A stretch of DNA of 24,712 bases, from positions 1 through 24,712 of IMG/VR virus record IMGVR_UViG_2778261459_000007. The stretch is one strand, 5' to 3'. A program made the translations under genes and the position numbers. A model generated the notes under the pieces. It did no database searches. It had not been told where the DNA came from and saw only the letters and a list, made by a program, of their open reading frames with translations. The number at the start of each line of letters is the position of its first letter. The first letter of the stretch is position 1. Origin of the DNA: a virus (Duplodnaviria; Heunggongvirae; Uroviricota; Caudoviricetes). Below, piece by piece: positions 9,593-19,283 of this stretch.

Positions 9593-10440
9593 TACTGCTC
9601 CGCGATTATCTTGATGGTTGTGGCAGTAAACGCCGCACCATTTGATTGAATGGTTAACGTGCTGCCATTTGTGGCAAGAAAGCCGTCTTTATCCACGCTG
9701 AAGAACGTAGCTAACAGGATGTTATCGGTTGTTGTCGCCGCATTACGACTGCTGACCAACGTGTCAGGAACAGAGCCGGAAAAGGTTAGCTGCATTGACC
9801 TGTTGGCGGTTCCGCTGGGCCACGTCCCGACAATCGACAGCTTGAAGAACAAGGTTTTGTTCTCGTTGAACACAACCATCTTGTTGTTAACGGTGTCGAA
9901 GAATGGTGCCAACGTTCCGGATGACGGCGTGAGCGTTTTCAGCAGGCTAACAAGGTTGGTCGGCGCTGTCGGGATGGTTACAGATACGCCAGAGTAAACA
10001 ACCTCTGACTTTTTGCGAGTAGTGGCATACTCCAGAGCATCAATGCGCGTTTCATGGTCTGAAAGCGTGTTTTGAATGGCGATAACTTCATCAGTCAGAT
10101 AATCAATATCGTTTTCTGCTGTCGTTAATCGGGAATCAAGGCCGACTATCGCCGATTCTGCGTTAGTGATCCTTGTTTCGTGGTCCTGAATCTTCGCTTC
10201 AGCTGATGCCAGTCGAATTTCGTGATCGACCAGAATCACATCCTGCTCATCGTTCCTGACTTGTGCGTCATAAGCGCCCTGCCCTGCTTCGTTGGCCTTG
10301 TTCGCCACGTTACCAACATCAGTACCCTGTGCAATAACGTACAGCAGATATGACTGCGAGAAGATATTGCGTGGAAGGACTGATGTATCGAGCCGCGTAG
10401 CCTGGATGATTACCGGCACATTGAGATTCGAATCCGCCAT
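9592..10440 (-). CDS. Tail needle (plug) protein, P22 gp26 / Sf6 gp9-like, with C-terminal knob extension
   Basis: N-terminus [64 protein letters not shown] is the conserved gp26 portal-plug domain, followed by heptad-like coiled coil. At 282 aa it is longer than P22 gp26 (233 aa), with a beta-rich C-terminal region of the Sf6-type knob kind. Confidence 0.9.
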   Translation of the reverse strand: MADSNLNVPVIIQATRLDTSVLPRNIFSQSYLLYVIAQGTDVGNVANKANEAGQGAYDAQVRNDEQDVILVDHEIRLASAEAKIQDHETRITNAESAIVGLDSRLTTAENDIDYLTDEVIAIQNTLSDHETRIDALEYATTRKKSEVVYSGVSVTIPTAPTNLVSLLKTLTPSSGTLAPFFDTVNNKMVVFNENKTLFFKLSIVGTWPSGTANRSMQLTFSGSVPDTLVSSRNAATTTDNILLATFFSVDKDGFLATNGSTLTIQSNGAAFTATTIKIIAEQ

Positions 10441-11858
10441 TACTCAATCCTTATCTGGCAGCCTGACAGAGTGACAGGTGACTTCGTGATAACGCGCAAT
10501 TTGAAACCGACATTTTTCCTGATGCGCCCTACTCGCTTCCACAAAACGCGTTTGTCGTAAACGAACGGTTCATTCTGCTCAATCATCTGCTCACGCCCGT
10601 AATTGATGCCGTCAGTGGTTGCAGAGAGGAACAGGCGGTCAGCGTACTGCGCAACGCCAGTTGAAGATTCAACCTCAAGGTCGAACACCCGGGCGTTATC
10701 CGCTTTGAACAACGGAGTAAACAGCAGGTGTTCCTGCTGCTTGTCGTACTGGCTGCTGATATCGAACTGCAATTTCCCGGTCACGGATTCCAGCTTATCG
10801 CCGCACGTTATCTGATTGCCTTCGTAAATGAAGTCGATAGCGCGGTACACATCGTCATACAAGCCAGTTTTCAACACACACCATTGCGGACCATTGGCGC
10901 TTGAAGATGCGTCGTACACGAGAACATGGCGCGGAAGGTGGATAATCAGCAACTCATGAGCATCAAATCGCAGAGACTCCATCACACCCTCAGCCAGTTC
11001 ATCAGCAGTGTAGGAGCGGAGAATTTTCTCAATGCTCGCGCTGGCGATTGGTGATACCTGACCGGAGCCGATGATGTATACAGACGGCGCACCTGTTGCC
11101 GGATTGCTGATGAACGCATAGGAATCAGCGAATGGAGTTTTACAGTAGGTTCCGGCAATACCTTTCTGCACCATCAGCGATGGCTGTGCAACATACAAAG
11201 CGGCACCAACGGTGGTTGCGCCAGTAAGGGAGAAATATTCAATAGTCGATGAACCAAAGCAGACGATGAAGTCTCGCCATGTGCCGATGCCGATGATGCC
11301 GTCAGGCTGCGATTCTGCGCGATATTGTGCGCTGTATCGGTCAGGATGTGATTCGTCTTCAAGGTCAGTGATAAACCATGAATCAGTGCCGTCTTTTGAC
11401 CACGCATAACGCCCACGTAAGCGCGTAATGTCGCGTACTGAGCCTAACTCATACTGCGTGAATCCGCTGTCTGTAGGCCAGTTTGAGACGGTTTTAACCG
11501 TGCCATCATAGCGATACTCGACCAGTTGACCATTAACGCCTACCGCCTGTGATGTCCGACCATGCGCCATTGATACGCGACCACTTCCGGCAACATCACC
11601 GACTTCACTTTCGCCTTTGTACAGCTTGCCACCACACACGCGATAAACAGCATTCTGCGCCATGTTGTACTCGACACCGCGCGATACACCGTTCACATCA
11701 GAACGTTTGGCAATGCCCGGGAATGAGCGAAGATATCCGCTGCTGTTCAGGATTTCTTTGGGTGTAGCCAGCATATTCACTGGCAGATAGTCGATATAGT
11801 CGGCGTTTCGAAAGTCTTTGCCGACACCTTTCATAAGCGGAAGTTGCTGAATCGGCAT
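10440..11858 (-). CDS. Tail hub / tail accessory factor, P22 gp10-like
   Basis: 472-aa [52 protein letters not shown]... is near-identical in motif and length to P22 gp10 as recalled. Confidence 0.9.
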   Translation of the reverse strand: MPIQQLPLMKGVGKDFRNADYIDYLPVNMLATPKEILNSSGYLRSFPGIAKRSDVNGVSRGVEYNMAQNAVYRVCGGKLYKGESEVGDVAGSGRVSMAHGRTSQAVGVNGQLVEYRYDGTVKTVSNWPTDSGFTQYELGSVRDITRLRGRYAWSKDGTDSWFITDLEDESHPDRYSAQYRAESQPDGIIGIGTWRDFIVCFGSSTIEYFSLTGATTVGAALYVAQPSLMVQKGIAGTYCKTPFADSYAFISNPATGAPSVYIIGSGQVSPIASASIEKILRSYTADELAEGVMESLRFDAHELLIIHLPRHVLVYDASSSANGPQWCVLKTGLYDDVYRAIDFIYEGNQITCGDKLESVTGKLQFDISSQYDKQQEHLLFTPLFKADNARVFDLEVESSTGVAQYADRLFLSATTDGINYGREQMIEQNEPFVYDKRVLWKRVGRIRKNVGFKLRVITKSPVTLSGCQIRIE

Positions 11859-11867
11859 TTATTCACC

Positions 11868-12329
11868 TCACGTACTCGGCTCATCTTTCTCGATGTAAAA
11901 CCGATTCCACGTAAACGCGCTTTTGTTACCACTACCGCGAGGCATGTCATTTCGCCGCTCAAGTGGTGGTATTTTGGTTAAAGCGATACAGATTGTCTGA
12001 TATGCACTGTCAGCAGCGGTAAGGAGAGCGTCTGACGGCTGAATGACGTTATCCATGCACACTTGCACAGCGAGTTTCAAAGCGACGCCATCATTTGCCC
12101 ATGCAGGGATACCTGAATCATCGTCCGGTAACGGCATGATGCCGTTTTCTGTATCAGCAAACTGATACCCAAGCTCGATACCTTTAGCCTGCCATGCTGC
12201 CATCATGTCTTCGAGGTCATTAATGGCATCTTCAATTGCCTGAGGGTCAGCATCTGTCAACGTGGCATTGGAATACAGCCCAGCTTTTCGTAAAGCCTTT
12301 AGAACGAGATCACCCTTCGTTTTCGCCAT
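11868..12329 (-). CDS. Head-to-tail adaptor / tail accessory factor, P22 gp4-like
   Basis: 153-aa ORF. MAKTKGDLVLKALRKAGLYSNATLTDADPQAIEDAINDLEDMMAAW matches the P22 gp4 N-terminus (…KTKGDLV..ALRK…ATLTD.EPQ…DLE.MMA.W). Sits between the coat and gp10 genes. Confidence 0.85.
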   Translation of the reverse strand: MAKTKGDLVLKALRKAGLYSNATLTDADPQAIEDAINDLEDMMAAWQAKGIELGYQFADTENGIMPLPDDDSGIPAWANDGVALKLAVQVCMDNVIQPSDALLTAADSAYQTICIALTKIPPLERRNDMPRGSGNKSAFTWNRFYIEKDEPST

Positions 12330-12498
12330 CTTCTTCCGCCTTAGCCACTTTTTGCTTCGTTGCGGTTTCTTCAGGAGTTTTTACCCAGCCTTTTTTCAGG
12401 TGAGATTTAACTTCTTCGTCATCAACAATGATGTAATCGACAGCAAACTGACCACAGGTGATCATGTTGCCAGGCTTATAGAGCATTGTTCGTGCCAT
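12310..12498 (-). CDS. Small hypothetical protein between coat and gp4-like genes (62 aa)
   Basis: ORF with start ATG 12498 preceded by GGGAG at good spacing, directly after the coat terminator. Acidic C-terminus (AKAEEDGENEG). Overlaps the gp4-like start by 20 nt. The ORF-track version (from 12537) would start inside the terminator hairpin. No homolog recognised. Confidence 0.5.
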   Translation of the reverse strand: MARTMLYKPGNMITCGQFAVDYIIVDDEEVKSHLKKGWVKTPEETATKQKVAKAEEDGENEG

Positions 12499-12510
12499 TG
12501 TCTTCTCCCA

Positions 12511-12532
12511 ATAAAAATGGGGCCGAAGCCCC
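12511..12532 (-). terminator. Intrinsic terminator immediately downstream of the coat gene
   Basis: Minus-strand RNA GGGGC-UUCG-GCCCC (perfect 5-bp GC stem, UUCG tetraloop) followed by AUUUUUAUU. Lies 8 nt after the coat stop codon. Confidence 0.7.
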
Positions 12533-12539
12533 ACCAAAA

Positions 12540-13799
12540 TTACTGCCCGGCAATAACGATGCCCGTATATTCAGGAACAAGTACAGAGCAACCGTACAGA
12601 GTGGTGAAACGAGCAGTGGTTACGCCTTTGATGTGGTCGAAGGCGTAAGACATGATCAGCGTAGCGCCCTGCTCGGTGGTTGCTGTCATTACCTGTGGAC
12701 CCTGACCAGTCGGGAACGCCAGTTTGCCGTACATCAGTTCAACAGAACCATCAGCCCAGAACAGGTTAGCCGGTGCGGCATTTTTGTTGAGAATGGTGAT
12801 TGCTGCAGTTTCTGCCGGCTTGGCATCGACGTTTGCATATGGACGGCTCGCAACATCGGCATTTCCAACAGGGAGAATCTTTGGAGAGATTGTTACGGTG
12901 GTTCCTGCTGTGTCTACTGCCAGAACGCGGAATACCTGCGGCTGCCCGGTGGTATCTTTGGTGATCTGGTGTACGGAATTCACACCTGCGATGGTAAACG
13001 CATCGCCAACCTGCAAGCCTTTAGCAGATACCGTAATGGTCCCCTGTCGGTTATCAACAGGCATGCCATTTGAATCTTTCGCTTCAACCTTGTGTTCAGG
13101 TTGATTTGATACTGTCAAGGTTTCAGTGCTTCCTGCCGGTAATCGACCGGAAATATCGGTCTTGTAGCTATCGAAGGACGCAACCGGAGGGATTTGCGCT
13201 TTTTCGTATGCTGTCAGGGTTGCGCCCTGAGCATAGGCACGGTGACCAAGCTCGCCAGCAAGGTCTTTGTAGTTGAAGGGGTTCCAGAAAGAGCGACGGT
13301 TGATACCCTGAGGTACACCAATCGCCGTCATGGTGGCATCAATACCTGCCGCACAGTTCCACAAATCACGGCCCTGTGAACCTGTGGTTGAGTCAGCCAT
13401 CGTGATCACGTTAGTAGCACGCTGCGTAACCATGGAAATCAGGTCAGAGTCAATCTGTGCAGCAAGGCGCATACCTGCGGCGCGACCAGCTTCAGTTTTA
13501 TGTTCCGGGTCACGCATTTCACGCGCATCCAGAGTGTACAGAATGTTTTTCGGCTCCTTGAACACAGAAGGAACAAGGCGCTGAACCAGTGCTGTTGGCG
13601 TTTTGCCGCTGAGGTCTAGGCCTTCCTCAATGTTCATGTGGTAATGCTGCGGACGATACAGAACATCACCTGCTCGCTGCATTGCTGTATCACCGGGACG
13701 GAATTTTTTAGCGTTACGGGAAACTACGCAGGCGGCCTCAAAGCCTTCAACGTAGTTTTCGAACATGATTTCAAGGTCTTTTGCTAATTGGTTAGCCAT
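12540..13799 (-). CDS. Major capsid (coat) protein, P22 gp5 / Sf6 gp5-like (HK97 fold with insertion domain)
   Basis: 419-aa ORF directly downstream of the scaffold gene and followed by a strong terminator. Size and position match the P22 (430 aa) / Sf6 coat protein. Confidence 0.9.
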   Translation of the reverse strand: MANQLAKDLEIMFENYVEGFEAACVVSRNAKKFRPGDTAMQRAGDVLYRPQHYHMNIEEGLDLSGKTPTALVQRLVPSVFKEPKNILYTLDAREMRDPEHKTEAGRAAGMRLAAQIDSDLISMVTQRATNVITMADSTTGSQGRDLWNCAAGIDATMTAIGVPQGINRRSFWNPFNYKDLAGELGHRAYAQGATLTAYEKAQIPPVASFDSYKTDISGRLPAGSTETLTVSNQPEHKVEAKDSNGMPVDNRQGTITVSAKGLQVGDAFTIAGVNSVHQITKDTTGQPQVFRVLAVDTAGTTVTISPKILPVGNADVASRPYANVDAKPAETAAITILNKNAAPANLFWADGSVELMYGKLAFPTGQGPQVMTATTEQGATLIMSYAFDHIKGVTTARFTTLYGCSVLVPEYTGIVIAGQ

Positions 13800-13817
13800 G
13801 CTTAATGCTCCGATAGG

Positions 13818-14711
13818 TTATTTTTTTGCCTTTTTAGCGGCGAAATACGGCGTCCAGTCACCAGTTTCCAGCGCCTTGGCTTTCAATTTGACGAGGTTGT
13901 TGATTACTGCGCCGTTGCTCCCCTTAACTGTCGGGGTTGTGGCTGCCGTGGTTTTTGCTTTTGGCATGATTCTGGCCTTCGATTCGATACGTTCCAGCAG
14001 ACGACCAATTGCTACGGGGTTGGTAGCTTCTGCCAGTTGCTTGCGCAGTTCAGCGTTGCGACCGAGTGCCAGAACAACGATTTCCGGCTTCTCTGACTCA
14101 AACAGGATCGCGTTTTGTGTCTCGATGGGGATTTCCTCGAGTACGGCCTGCTCAGCTTCCTGATAGCCAGGAACTTTGAGAGCCTTAACACGTTGCTGAT
14201 ATTTGGATAATCGCTCTTGATAGGCAGCCTGAAGCTCCTGCTCCTTCTGCTTGCGAGCCATCTCCTGTTGCTGGTACTTGCCGTTATCCTCTGCCCACTT
14301 AGCCATGCGTTGCTGGTAGATTTCTTCATCGAAACCGATGTCCTCATCATCCAGTTTTGGCATTCGCGGTGGTTGAGTGATTACCGGCTGCTGCTCGACG
14401 GGTTTCTGAGACTGACGCATCAGCTCCTTCAGCTCACGGTCTTTCTCTTTAATCGTCTTGCGCAGGTGTTTTACCAGTCCATGCTCTGCGCCATCTTCGC
14501 TGGTTGGCGAATCCAGCTTTTCGTCACCAAAGTAGAATTCCTGTTCTGATTCGTCGTCATCAGTTTCAGTAGCTTCCTCTGCATCATTGCCGGAGGACTC
14601 ACTGCCATCTTCTGTTTCGACTTCTTCAGCCAGTTCGACATCATCAGGAATCTGCTCTGACGCGTCGGTTTCGATTTCAACTTCTGGTGTGTTTTCTGCC
14701 ATCTGGTCCAT
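13818..14711 (-). CDS. Scaffolding protein, P22 gp8-like
   Basis: 297-aa ORF between portal and coat. Extremely acidic N-terminus, Q/E/K-rich helical middle, basic C-terminal tail (…GDWTPYFAAKKAKK) typical of the coat-binding helix-turn-helix of P22-like scaffolds. Confidence 0.85.
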   Translation of the reverse strand: MDQMAENTPEVEIETDASEQIPDDVELAEEVETEDGSESSGNDAEEATETDDDESEQEFYFGDEKLDSPTSEDGAEHGLVKHLRKTIKEKDRELKELMRQSQKPVEQQPVITQPPRMPKLDDEDIGFDEEIYQQRMAKWAEDNGKYQQQEMARKQKEQELQAAYQERLSKYQQRVKALKVPGYQEAEQAVLEEIPIETQNAILFESEKPEIVVLALGRNAELRKQLAEATNPVAIGRLLERIESKARIMPKAKTTAATTPTVKGSNGAVINNLVKLKAKALETGDWTPYFAAKKAKK

Positions 14712-14801
14712 TTGTTACCCCTGTTTACTCGATGTTCAGCCCATCGGAAGGCAATAGGGTGCCAGGCCTCATAAAGACAGCCATTGCACGTTATGGGTTA
14801 A

Positions 14802-17000
14802 TTACTGCTGTGGTTGTTGCTGAGTTGATTTTTGCAGGATGCTGCTGATGTCCATGCGCTGCGCATGGCCCTGTGCCTGACTTTTCAGGACAAGCTCTGC
14901 ATCAGCACGGGCATTATCTCCTTGCTGTTGCTGGAACTGTCCGAGCAGTTTCAGCGCCTCACGGATATCAGATTTTTGCTGGCTATCGGCAGATGCGAGG
15001 ATTTTCACAACATTTGCCGCAGCAACCTGAGCATCCGTCTGTGCCTGGAATGCTTTAACCTGAATGGCTGCTTGTTCGTTCTGCGCTTTCTGCAATTCAG
15101 CCTGACCAGCAAGAAGCTGACCTTGCGCAGCAACCATAGCCGGATCTGGCTGACTGGCCTGTTGTTGTTTCGCCTGTTCAACCATCTGCTGTTCTTCAGG
15201 CGTTCTCGGCTTGATAACGCCAGACAGAAGCAACTGATTGCGGTTGTATTCTTTAAGGTCGTCCATCCCTTCGCCGTCCATATTGTCGAGAATCATCGAC
15301 GATACAAGGTCGTGCTTCGGCGTTCCTGGTGGGATAAGTGCCAGCATGGAAAGTAACGACTTAACCGTTGCGTCACGGCGAGTAGCGAACGACTGACCGA
15401 CATCGACAGTCACTTCATAGTTACCCTGCGAAAGGTCGTTAAGCGCGATAACCTGCCCTGTCTGACGGTCAACCACTTCACCAGTCATCAGCGCCACGTC
15501 ATCGCTGCCGTCCTCATTAACGATACGCATAGGCGTATCACTGCCATAGACCTCACGCGCCATAGAAAGCCACACAACGCCAGCGCGACGCATGGATTTA
15601 GCCATGTTGTCCATGTAGATATAGGACTGCGTGTCCATCCTGTTAAAGATGCTATCAACGGTATCGGTAGCGACGTTGCTCGGCATGTTCTCAAGCTGCG
15701 ACGCACCTGTAATTTGCTGAATAGCCGTTCCGGTGTACTGCAATAGTCCGGCAAGAGCAGGAGGCATTTGTGTTGGGGGTGTCCAGCCAGCAACCTGAGC
15801 TTCTGAAATGACTGTTCCGTTTTTGTCCTTCTTGCTGGTCATAGGAAGAACTGCAGGTCTTTTCTTATTCCTCTCTGCCCAGTGATTCATTAATGGGCCG
15901 GGAATGAAATCAACATCCACGATAGGAATACCATCACCGCCAGCCTGAGTAGCGTTATCTGCAATCATGGAAACCATCAGGTTCTCAAGACGCTGAGCAT
16001 CCATCGCTTTTGCTGCGTGGCCTTCGATTCGCTCCTGATTATCAACAAATGAGCGACGCCCATATACCGGGATGAGAGGAATATGTTCGCCCGGAATACG
16101 CTTCGGTTCTTCCAGCCATTCAGCGCCAGACAGAAGACCGCAATAAACTCTGCGTTTCTTCACTGTCCGCTCACCAATCAGTTCGAATGCGCCATCGGTC
16201 AGCTCGTCGACAATATCTTTGATTTGCTCTTCATCATAGATTGCCGTTTCTCCGCTAACAGGGTTGCGCCATGCCGTGAGCTTCACCTTCTCTATGCGAA
16301 CTTCGTAGTAGCGACCAACATAGATAGCATCAGGGGTTGACCAGTCATATTGAGTGCCAGTGTCATCACGAGAAAGGCTTGCCGCGATGGAATCAGGGTA
16401 TTCAGCCTCGAACGCTTTAGGCGTCATGGAGAACATTTCCATAGCCCACATAGCATCAGAGCGGTCATATTGCTTGCTGTCCTGATCGAAGAAGACGCAT
16501 GTGGCCGGGTCGTAAACAGGAAGAAGGCTGATGCGTCGCTGCTCGTTACTTGGGTCCATTTCATCTTCGTAATCGGCACACATGCGGAAACAACCGAATC
16601 CGCCCGTTACAGCATCATCAAATGCGTTATCACACGCTTCGCCACCGGATGTTTCCTGATAGTCAGCGCGGAATTTGCCGTTCATCTTTTCGGCTAACGC
16701 TTCCGATGCCTTATCGTCCTTCGGCCTGAATTTAACGCTGATGCGATTCTGTCGATACTCGCCAATGATGCGATCACATTCACGGGCAATCTTATTCAGT
16801 TCAAAGCGCGGGTAATGCTCAAACCTTCCTTCATCAAATGAGTAACCAGCGTTTGTGCTGCCTTCCCACTGTGCGCCGGACACCCGGACGAAACGTTGAG
16901 CCTCAATAATCTGCTCACGCATATCCTGCGTTGCTGACCAGGCATTATCAAAGTTGCACAGCACCTTGCGATGCCAGTCAGTCATCTTTTTTTCTGCCAT
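14802..17000 (-). CDS. Portal protein, P22 gp1-like
   Basis: 732-aa ORF immediately downstream of large terminase. C-terminal region (…PEEQQMVEQAKQQQASQPDPAMVAAQGQLLAGQAELQKAQNEQ…RMDISSILQ…) matches the long Q-rich helical barrel of P22 portal as recalled. Confidence 0.92.
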   Translation of the reverse strand: MAEKKMTDWHRKVLCNFDNAWSATQDMREQIIEAQRFVRVSGAQWEGSTNAGYSFDEGRFEHYPRFELNKIARECDRIIGEYRQNRISVKFRPKDDKASEALAEKMNGKFRADYQETSGGEACDNAFDDAVTGGFGCFRMCADYEDEMDPSNEQRRISLLPVYDPATCVFFDQDSKQYDRSDAMWAMEMFSMTPKAFEAEYPDSIAASLSRDDTGTQYDWSTPDAIYVGRYYEVRIEKVKLTAWRNPVSGETAIYDEEQIKDIVDELTDGAFELIGERTVKKRRVYCGLLSGAEWLEEPKRIPGEHIPLIPVYGRRSFVDNQERIEGHAAKAMDAQRLENLMVSMIADNATQAGGDGIPIVDVDFIPGPLMNHWAERNKKRPAVLPMTSKKDKNGTVISEAQVAGWTPPTQMPPALAGLLQYTGTAIQQITGASQLENMPSNVATDTVDSIFNRMDTQSYIYMDNMAKSMRRAGVVWLSMAREVYGSDTPMRIVNEDGSDDVALMTGEVVDRQTGQVIALNDLSQGNYEVTVDVGQSFATRRDATVKSLLSMLALIPPGTPKHDLVSSMILDNMDGEGMDDLKEYNRNQLLLSGVIKPRTPEEQQMVEQAKQQQASQPDPAMVAAQGQLLAGQAELQKAQNEQAAIQVKAFQAQTDAQVAAANVVKILASADSQQKSDIREALKLLGQFQQQQGDNARADAELVLKSQAQGHAQRMDISSILQKSTQQQPQQ

Positions 17001-17001
17001 A

Positions 17002-18417
17002 TCAACCTACACCACAAGGAATTGAGTAACTGGAATAGTCGGGTTGCGCAGCCGACTCCGGGCAATGCATACACATCATCAGCGCATCAGCCAGGTTAGG
17101 AGATGGAATACCGAGCTTCTGCTTCATTTCGACCTTAGTCATAAGCTCCAGCTTCCCGTTGTTATTGAATTTGCGCTGAATCTGCGTCAGTTCTGCAAAC
17201 AGCTTCTCCAGCATATTCTCGCCTATCGCTTCTTTGTCGAAACTCAGCATGTCGTCGGGGTCTGCATACTCACCGTGGACAACCGCCCGATATGTCAGAT
17301 ACAGCCTGTCAGCCAGCGCGTAATAGAATTGCGCTCGCTTATTGCGGAACACATCGCCAATAGTACGAACATTGTCGCCCTGTACGACTTCATCAGACCA
17401 TGCTCCGGCCTGATAAGGCGCATCTTCATCGAATGGCGATTCGCTGCCCTTGAACATCGTGGCGGTGATTTTCTTACCGGAGAATGCTTCCGTTGTCTGT
17501 CTGCGTAGCCCGGCACCAACGCCATCGCCATCCCACAGGTAGTGGTCAGCGCCGTCTTCAATCGCCAGCGAAGTAGCCCAGTCAGCCCCCTCGTTGATGT
17601 CCATCAGCAGGCCTTCGGCAATGCGTTTAACTACCGAACCGTGGCGCGATGCATAACCTTTAGCATCCGGTCCTGTATCTGACGGGTCATGCGCAGAAAC
17701 AACCGCACCTTTCGCTTTCCACCCGAGTTTCGTGTGCGCATCGGTTGCAGCTTCAAGCCATTCACGTTTGATGATTGCCATATCACTTGCGCTCACTGGC
17801 TCACCCAGCCAGATGTGACGATACAGTGTCGGATTTCTGCGTTTGCACTCTTCCATCTCCAGACGGAGAACTTCAGGAAAGTGCGGGTTGTCGGTGTAGT
17901 TCACCGTCAGCAGACAAATATCATCTGGAGGATTTACAACGAATCGCTGATAGGTATCGTCGAGGATGTTCTTCGGGTTAAAGCTCACCCATATTTCAGA
18001 GAACGGCTTACGGATGGTTGGTATCAGGATATCCCATGATTCCTTCGTTACCGCTTCCGCTTCTTCCACCCAGCAGATATCAATACCTTCTAGCGATTTA
18101 ATCTTCGTCGGGTTGTTTTTGATGCCGTAGAACATGAACTCAGCATTCGTTCCGAGATGACGAATCATGGAACGCTGAATTTCAAACTCAGCCGAATACC
18201 CTTCACGCTCGATGGTATCTTCAAGCAACCGGATTACCGAATCGCTGATACTGTTTTGCAGTTCACGAGCGCAAAGAATACGCACAGGCTGCCGACGTGC
18301 CGCTTCAACAAGCAGCCTAGCAATTGCCCATGACTTACCGCTACCTCGACCGCCTTTGGCGACTTTGTAGCGATGCGCCTCAATGAACGGTTCAAAGATA
18401 GGATTAATCGAGGTCAT
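17002..18417 (-). CDS. Terminase large subunit (ATPase/nuclease), Sf6 gp2 / P22 gp2-like
   Basis: 471-aa ORF. Walker A motif VAKGGRGSGKSWA near the N-terminus and acidic nuclease region in the C-terminal half. Start overlaps the small terminase stop (ATGA). N-terminal sequence matches Sf6 large terminase as I recall it. Confidence 0.95.
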   Translation of the reverse strand: MTSINPIFEPFIEAHRYKVAKGGRGSGKSWAIARLLVEAARRQPVRILCARELQNSISDSVIRLLEDTIEREGYSAEFEIQRSMIRHLGTNAEFMFYGIKNNPTKIKSLEGIDICWVEEAEAVTKESWDILIPTIRKPFSEIWVSFNPKNILDDTYQRFVVNPPDDICLLTVNYTDNPHFPEVLRLEMEECKRRNPTLYRHIWLGEPVSASDMAIIKREWLEAATDAHTKLGWKAKGAVVSAHDPSDTGPDAKGYASRHGSVVKRIAEGLLMDINEGADWATSLAIEDGADHYLWDGDGVGAGLRRQTTEAFSGKKITATMFKGSESPFDEDAPYQAGAWSDEVVQGDNVRTIGDVFRNKRAQFYYALADRLYLTYRAVVHGEYADPDDMLSFDKEAIGENMLEKLFAELTQIQRKFNNNGKLELMTKVEMKQKLGIPSPNLADALMMCMHCPESAAQPDYSSYSIPCGVG

Positions 18418-18836
18418 TTTCCGAATAGAGTGCTCATCGGTGATGTTTCAATCTGGATTGCGCCGCCGTCCTTACCGACAAGCTCGTTAGTTACCTTGTC
18501 GCCATACTTACGGGGATTCATTCGGGCCAACGCCCATTTGCGTGTATCAACGCGAAGTCTTGCCTTTGCCACTTCAGCAGCATCTGGAATCGCATTGTCA
18601 GCAATTTCGAATATCTCTTCGAAAATAGAATCAGCTCGTGCCTCAGTTGCCTTCGCGTACTTGTCGCGAAAATCCTCATGCTTTGCCAACCAGCGGAAAA
18701 CAGTGGACTTATCCGGCATACCAGGACGCTTACATACTTTCAGCAAACTCTCGCCAGAAGAAAGCAACGAGCAGATATCGTCAGCCACCTCCGGCATATA
18801 ATCAGAGGGGCGACCAGCTTTTGGTTCAGTCGCCAT
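18414..18836 (-). CDS. Terminase small subunit, Sf6 gp1-like
   Basis: 140-aa product MATEPKAGRPSDYMPEVADDICSLLSSGESLLKVCKRPGMPDKSTVFRWL… with an N-terminal HTH-like DNA-binding domain; matches Sf6 gp1 as recalled. The ORF-track start at 18842 (MNM…) is equally possible. Confidence 0.9.
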   Translation of the reverse strand: MATEPKAGRPSDYMPEVADDICSLLSSGESLLKVCKRPGMPDKSTVFRWLAKHEDFRDKYAKATEARADSIFEEIFEIADNAIPDAAEVAKARLRVDTRKWALARMNPRKYGDKVTNELVGKDGGAIQIETSPMSTLFGK

Positions 18837-19040
18837 ATTCATCTCACTTAATTTTTATTTCAGGTTGAGGACTCTTTCGCGCCTTCAATCAGTGACTGCT
18901 TCAGCAATTCGAGTGTGCCAATCGCCTCGCATAAACTGATTTCACCATCGTAATCATGAATGACGCTTTCCATCCGCTCGTATAGCTCTTGAGTAATTGG
19001 GAATTTCTTCTCCTTACCAAAATTGATTACGCGGCTCACA

Positions 19041-19283
19041 TCATGTTCCGGTGGTGAACAGGTCTAACGCTTCCTTCGATTTACGCACCGCTTCGATTGT
19101 GCGGGTCGTGATATCCGAATTAGCGCCGCCTGACTGGAAGTGAATTTTGAATAGCTCAAGCTTCAGTTCGTCAGTGCCAATGAACTGAAATGCTTCCTCT
19201 GCGGCTGCGTTCTGGTTCATGACCAGTTTGTAAATCTCTAACTGGAATTTCTGTTCTTCAGTCATGGGAATAATCTCTGCCAT
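19041..19283 (-). CDS. Small hypothetical protein (80 aa), likely equivalent of the small ORF found between rha and the terminase genes in P22-like phages
   Basis: ORF with ATG 19283 preceded by GGAG at about 9 nt; predicted helical, acidic. Position between rha-like and small terminase. Function unknown. Confidence 0.6.
   Translation of the reverse strand: MAEIIPMTEEQKFQLEIYKLVMNQNAAAEEAFQFIGTDELKLELFKIHFQSGGANSDITTRTIEAVRKSKEALDLFTTGT

Noticed and set aside
14832-15356. 174-aa plus-strand ORF (and similar plus-strand ORFs at 14217-14549, 12262-12648, 12486-13073, 9272-9649, 9650-9997, 16350-16697, 17044-17508)
   Set aside because: All lie antisense to long, well-supported minus-strand structural genes, have no ribosome-binding context and have low-complexity or Leu/Arg/Ser-rich translations typical of antisense frames of GC-balanced coding DNA.
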